In this document: positions 35,436 to 37,767 of the stretch, one piece after another
Numbering within the stretch: the first letter of the stretch is position 1
Layout of the letters: every line of letters begins with the position of its first letter
IMG/VR virus record: IMGVR_UViG_3300002301_000039
Span: 1-37,767 of that record
DNA: 37,767 nt
Source of the DNA: a virus
Lineage: Duplodnaviria; Caudoviricetes
Direction: 5' to 3' (one strand)
Translations under genes and position numbers: made by a program
The notes under the pieces: generated by a model
The model's database searches: none
Told to the model about the DNA's origin: nothing
The model's input: only the letters and a program-made list of their open reading frames with translations

Positions 35436-35731
35436 GCTGTCGTTTTTACCTAGGTATAGGGGGTCCCAAAAAGGGGGTGGGGTATATGATGATTGTACGT
35501 TTGTATTCTTAGTCAATTTTTGGGTTTGTGTGAGGGTATGGGGGGTCCCTTTCCGGATGGGGGGAAGGCAGAAAAGAGGGGGGTGGGGGTCTCTCTCTCC
35601 GAGCCTATCTTTCCGCGCCCTATTAGGCCCCCCTGCCCCCTGCCATTCCCCTGCCCCTACGGTGGCCGTGTAGCCCCCTATCCGATGTCCCCTGCTATCC
35701 CCCATGCCCGCGTAGCATAGCCGCGCCTAGT

Positions 35732-35870
35732 GATACGTTTGTATCCATTCCTAAGGATACGTTTGTATCCATTAGCTAGTGATACGTTTGTATCTGCCCC
35801 TAGTGATACGTTTGTATCTTTCGCGCTATGGATAATTTTGTATCCTTAGGCGTGAGGATAGTTTTGTATT
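35732..35870. repeat. Array of six dyad repeats GATAC-GTTT-GTATC (iteron/operator-like)
   Basis: Cores start at 35732, 35756, 35781 and 35805 (exact) and at 35831 and 35857 (degenerate); spacing 24-26 bp. Confidence 0.92.
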
Positions 35871-35919
35871 CCTACGCTTGCCCCCGCCCCCTTGTGGAGA
35901 GAGAGGGGCTTGTAACCGT

Positions 35920-35960
35920 ATATTTCCCCATATTTCGCCCATATTTCCCCATATTTCCCA
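35920..35960. repeat. Four tandem ATATTTCCCC-like 10-11-mers
   Basis: ATATTTCCCC, ATATTTCGCCC, ATATTTCCCC, ATATTTCCCA. Confidence 0.9.
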
Positions 35961-35999
35961 ATACCCCGCCATGAAAAGGCTAATGCTTTCCACGCAATG

Positions 36000-36030
36000 A
36001 AAAAGGGGAAGCCCGAAAGCTCCCCCCCTT
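36000..36030 (-). terminator. Rho-independent terminator
   Basis: GGGGGAGCT-TTCG-GGCTTCCCC-TTTTT downstream of the 86-aa gene. Confidence 0.8.
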
Positions 36031-36078
36031 TGTTTCTCTCTTGTCTTTATATGTAATAGCTAGGCCATTGCGGCCCCC

Positions 36079-36339
36079 TTAAGCGGCCCTTGAATAGCCC
36101 CCGCTTTCCAGCGTTCTAATCCTATCTTCTAAAACTTCCGCCAGCGATTGATTGCTATAGGCCTGAATTGATAATTCGCTTTCAATCCCGTCTATGCGGC
36201 TTTTAAGGCTTTGCGTATAGCCCGCCCTATAATCCGCCATCTTTTCCAGCGTTTCAATTCTAGCGGCTAGCTTTTCGTTGGCGGCTTTAGTTGCGTATAG
36301 TTCGTCCGTAAGAGCCGTCATAATTTCAGTAAGCGTCAT
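36079..36339 (-). CDS. Small coiled-coil protein (86 aa)
   Basis: Has its own promoter, GGGGGT SD and terminator; RIETLE/RIDGIE/RIRTLE repeats. Confidence 0.75.
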   Translation of the reverse strand: MTLTEIMTALTDELYATKAANEKLAARIETLEKMADYRAGYTQSLKSRIDGIESELSIQAYSNQSLAEVLEDRIRTLESGGYSRAA

Positions 36340-36385
36340 AGTAACCCCCGTTACATGCGGCCCGCACTATTGCGCCCGCCCTTAT

Positions 36386-36414
36386 TTTATAAAGCCTAAT
36401 CCTTAACAAATCAA
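36386..36414 (-). promoter_or_regulatory. Putative promoter of the 86-aa gene
   Basis: TTGATT-N17-TATAAA. Confidence 0.5.
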
Positions 36415-36440
36415 TAAAGAAAGGGGGCTTTCACCCCCTT
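36413..36440 (-). terminator. Rho-independent terminator after DUF932
   Basis: AAGGGGG-TGAAAG-CCCCCTT-TCTTTATT. Confidence 0.75.
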
Positions 36441-36464
36441 AATTCATATTATTGTAAAGCCGCC

Positions 36465-37295
36465 TTAAGCCGCGTTCGCGTATTCCTTGGCCAAGCCCCA
36501 AAGAGCCGCGTTAAGCGTGATATCCTTTTCAGCGGATCGAACCGCCCGCGTCGAACGGATTAACATCCCCTTTTCAGCGGAACGGATATAACCGGATTGA
36601 CCGCCCTTAATCAGATTCTCTTGAACGCGGTTAAATACTTTCCATAAATCGTTGCCCGTATCGGCATAGCGGCGCGGGCGCAATAAAGCTACCGGCTCAA
36701 TAGGGCAGATATCCGCCCGCTTTTCTCCTTCTTTCGGGATATATTTAAGCGATAGCGCCCTATCCGCCAATTCCAGCGATTGACTAGCAGTCAATTGGAT
36801 TTGTGACCATGAACCAATTGCCTCAATAGCACGATCCGCCCGCTCAATAACCGTGTAGCTTCCTTCGATAATCTTATCCGCAACGTTGTTGCCCCTATGT
36901 GCGATTGATATCTTTCCCAAGTCACTATCCGCGACAACCATTCCATTCAGACAAATAAGGCGAAACACGGCTGGCCATAGAACGGCTGGACTTGTTCCAT
37001 CATGGGCGTTCAACAAAGCAATTTCAGGCACGTTCTCGCCTAATACTCGCAAATCAGTTTGATCATGGCGACGAAAGCGGATCACATGCTTTTGAAAGCC
37101 GTGTTTATCGGGGTTGCGCACGTTGCGGGCGCTTGCCCGTACCGGAACAAAGCCCGCGCTTTCCATACGTTCCACAATTTCATGCGTAGGGATATGGATA
37201 AAGCGCTCTGTTCTAGATGCGTGAGGCGTTTCCGCGAAAGTAGCCATAGGCAAGCTAATTGCGCGATTAAAAGCCGATTGATTGATCATATTCAT
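36465..37295 (-). CDS. DUF932 (DUF945)-family protein
   Basis: HASRTERFIHIPT, KHVIRFR, LLNAHDGTS, FRLICLNG, DLWKVFNRVQENLIKGG, LNAALW. Confidence 0.9.
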   Translation of the reverse strand: MNMINQSAFNRAISLPMATFAETPHASRTERFIHIPTHEIVERMESAGFVPVRASARNVRNPDKHGFQKHVIRFRRHDQTDLRVLGENVPEIALLNAHDGTSPAVLWPAVFRLICLNGMVVADSDLGKISIAHRGNNVADKIIEGSYTVIERADRAIEAIGSWSQIQLTASQSLELADRALSLKYIPKEGEKRADICPIEPVALLRPRRYADTGNDLWKVFNRVQENLIKGGQSGYIRSAEKGMLIRSTRAVRSAEKDITLNAALWGLAKEYANAA

Positions 37296-37339
37296 TTTAG
37301 CACCCCGTTATTAATAGCTAGGCCTCATTGCCTGATTTG

Positions 37340-37368
37340 AAACTAAATAAACTTTTTATTTATTGCAA
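37340..37368 (-). promoter_or_regulatory. Putative DUF932 promoter with spacer dyad
   Basis: TTGCAA-N17-TAGTTT; TAAATAAA-N3-TTTATTTA at 37344-37362. Confidence 0.55.
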
Positions 37369-37496
37369 GCGAAAAAATGATTTTAGCCTAATCTTTTTTT
37401 CACTTCATATTTTTGCCCGTTTTCGCTTGTGTTTCCGCCCTATATATAAAGCGTGATTAAACCTGCACTAAGTAGCTATTTTTATATTTAGGGGGC

Positions 37497-37523
37497 TTGC
37501 AAATTGATAGCTAATGTTATAAT
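37497..37523 (+). promoter_or_regulatory. Putative extended -10 promoter
   Basis: TGT-TATAAT (37515-37523) with TTGCAA upstream. Confidence 0.6.
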
Positions 37524-37578
37524 CATATCTTTACGGCTATCCGAGCCAAGCGGCTAACCAATTTAACGGGGGTTGAAA

Positions 37579-37767
37579 ATGCAAATCCAATTCGAAAAGT
37601 TTTTATCCACCGATAGCCCCAAAGCTATCAAAGCGTCCGGTTATGGCTATTTAAACGGAATCAATTATATGGCCCCTCACAAGCTAGGCGGGGTTGGCAA
37701 CCTATGCCCCTACGCAAGCGCGGGTTGTATATTGCTATGCTTAGGTGACCATTCCGGTCAGGCCGCT
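37579..37767 (+). CDS. Gp88-like Cys-motif phage protein, truncated by the window edge (not in ORF track)
   Basis: MQIQFEKFLSTDSPKAIK...YMAP...NLCPYASAGCILLCLG; GGGGGT SD; Cx6Cx3C motif. Confidence 0.65.
   Translation, partial: MQIQFEKFLSTDSPKAIKASGYGYLNGINYMAPHKLGGVGNLCPYASAGCILLCLGDHSGQAA

Noticed and set aside
35732-35870. GATACGTTTGTATC array as a CRISPR array
   Set aside because: The 14-bp repeats and 10-12-bp spacers are far too short, and the spacers resemble each other.

Overview
The window is a 37.8-kb piece of a tailed dsDNA phage genome with a podovirus-type (P22/T7-like short tail) gene order. The host is probably alphaproteobacterial, which is an inference from promoter and gene style. 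From 32.5 kb leftwards one minus-strand late operon encodes TerS, TerL, portal, a disordered cargo-like protein, GroES, scaffold, capsid cement, major capsid, several small His/Lys-rich proteins, head-tail adaptors, three fibre proteins, tail nozzle, a GNAT, and a >=1224-aa ejection protein with a lytic transglycosylase domain. That last gene runs off the left edge and is missing from the ORF track. Two HNH-AP2 homing endonucleases are inserted in this operon in reverse orientation. From 32.6 to 35.4 kb a plus-strand accessory operon carries dCTP deaminase, an HTH protein and tRNA-Pro(UGG). After it come a non-coding G/C-tract and repeat region (probable terminus or origin) and early-type genes (DUF932, Gp88-like). 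The most notable signals are: (1) each inverted HNH carries a full-length antisense ORF that bridges the flanking late genes through stop/start overlaps; (2) a -1 frameshift signal (GGGGGAG, 6-nt spacer, 9-bp hairpin) joins a His-rich protein to a downstream ORF with no start codon; (3) about 20 copies of an xxxGG motif are concentrated in cargo-like proteins, alongside a stand-alone tandem xxxGG...G[ES]YV module gene and no recognisable prohead protease; (4) one gene appears to start at ATC; (5) four accessory genes share a 23-nt gene-junction sequence. All family assignments come from motif recognition and gene order, not from database searches.
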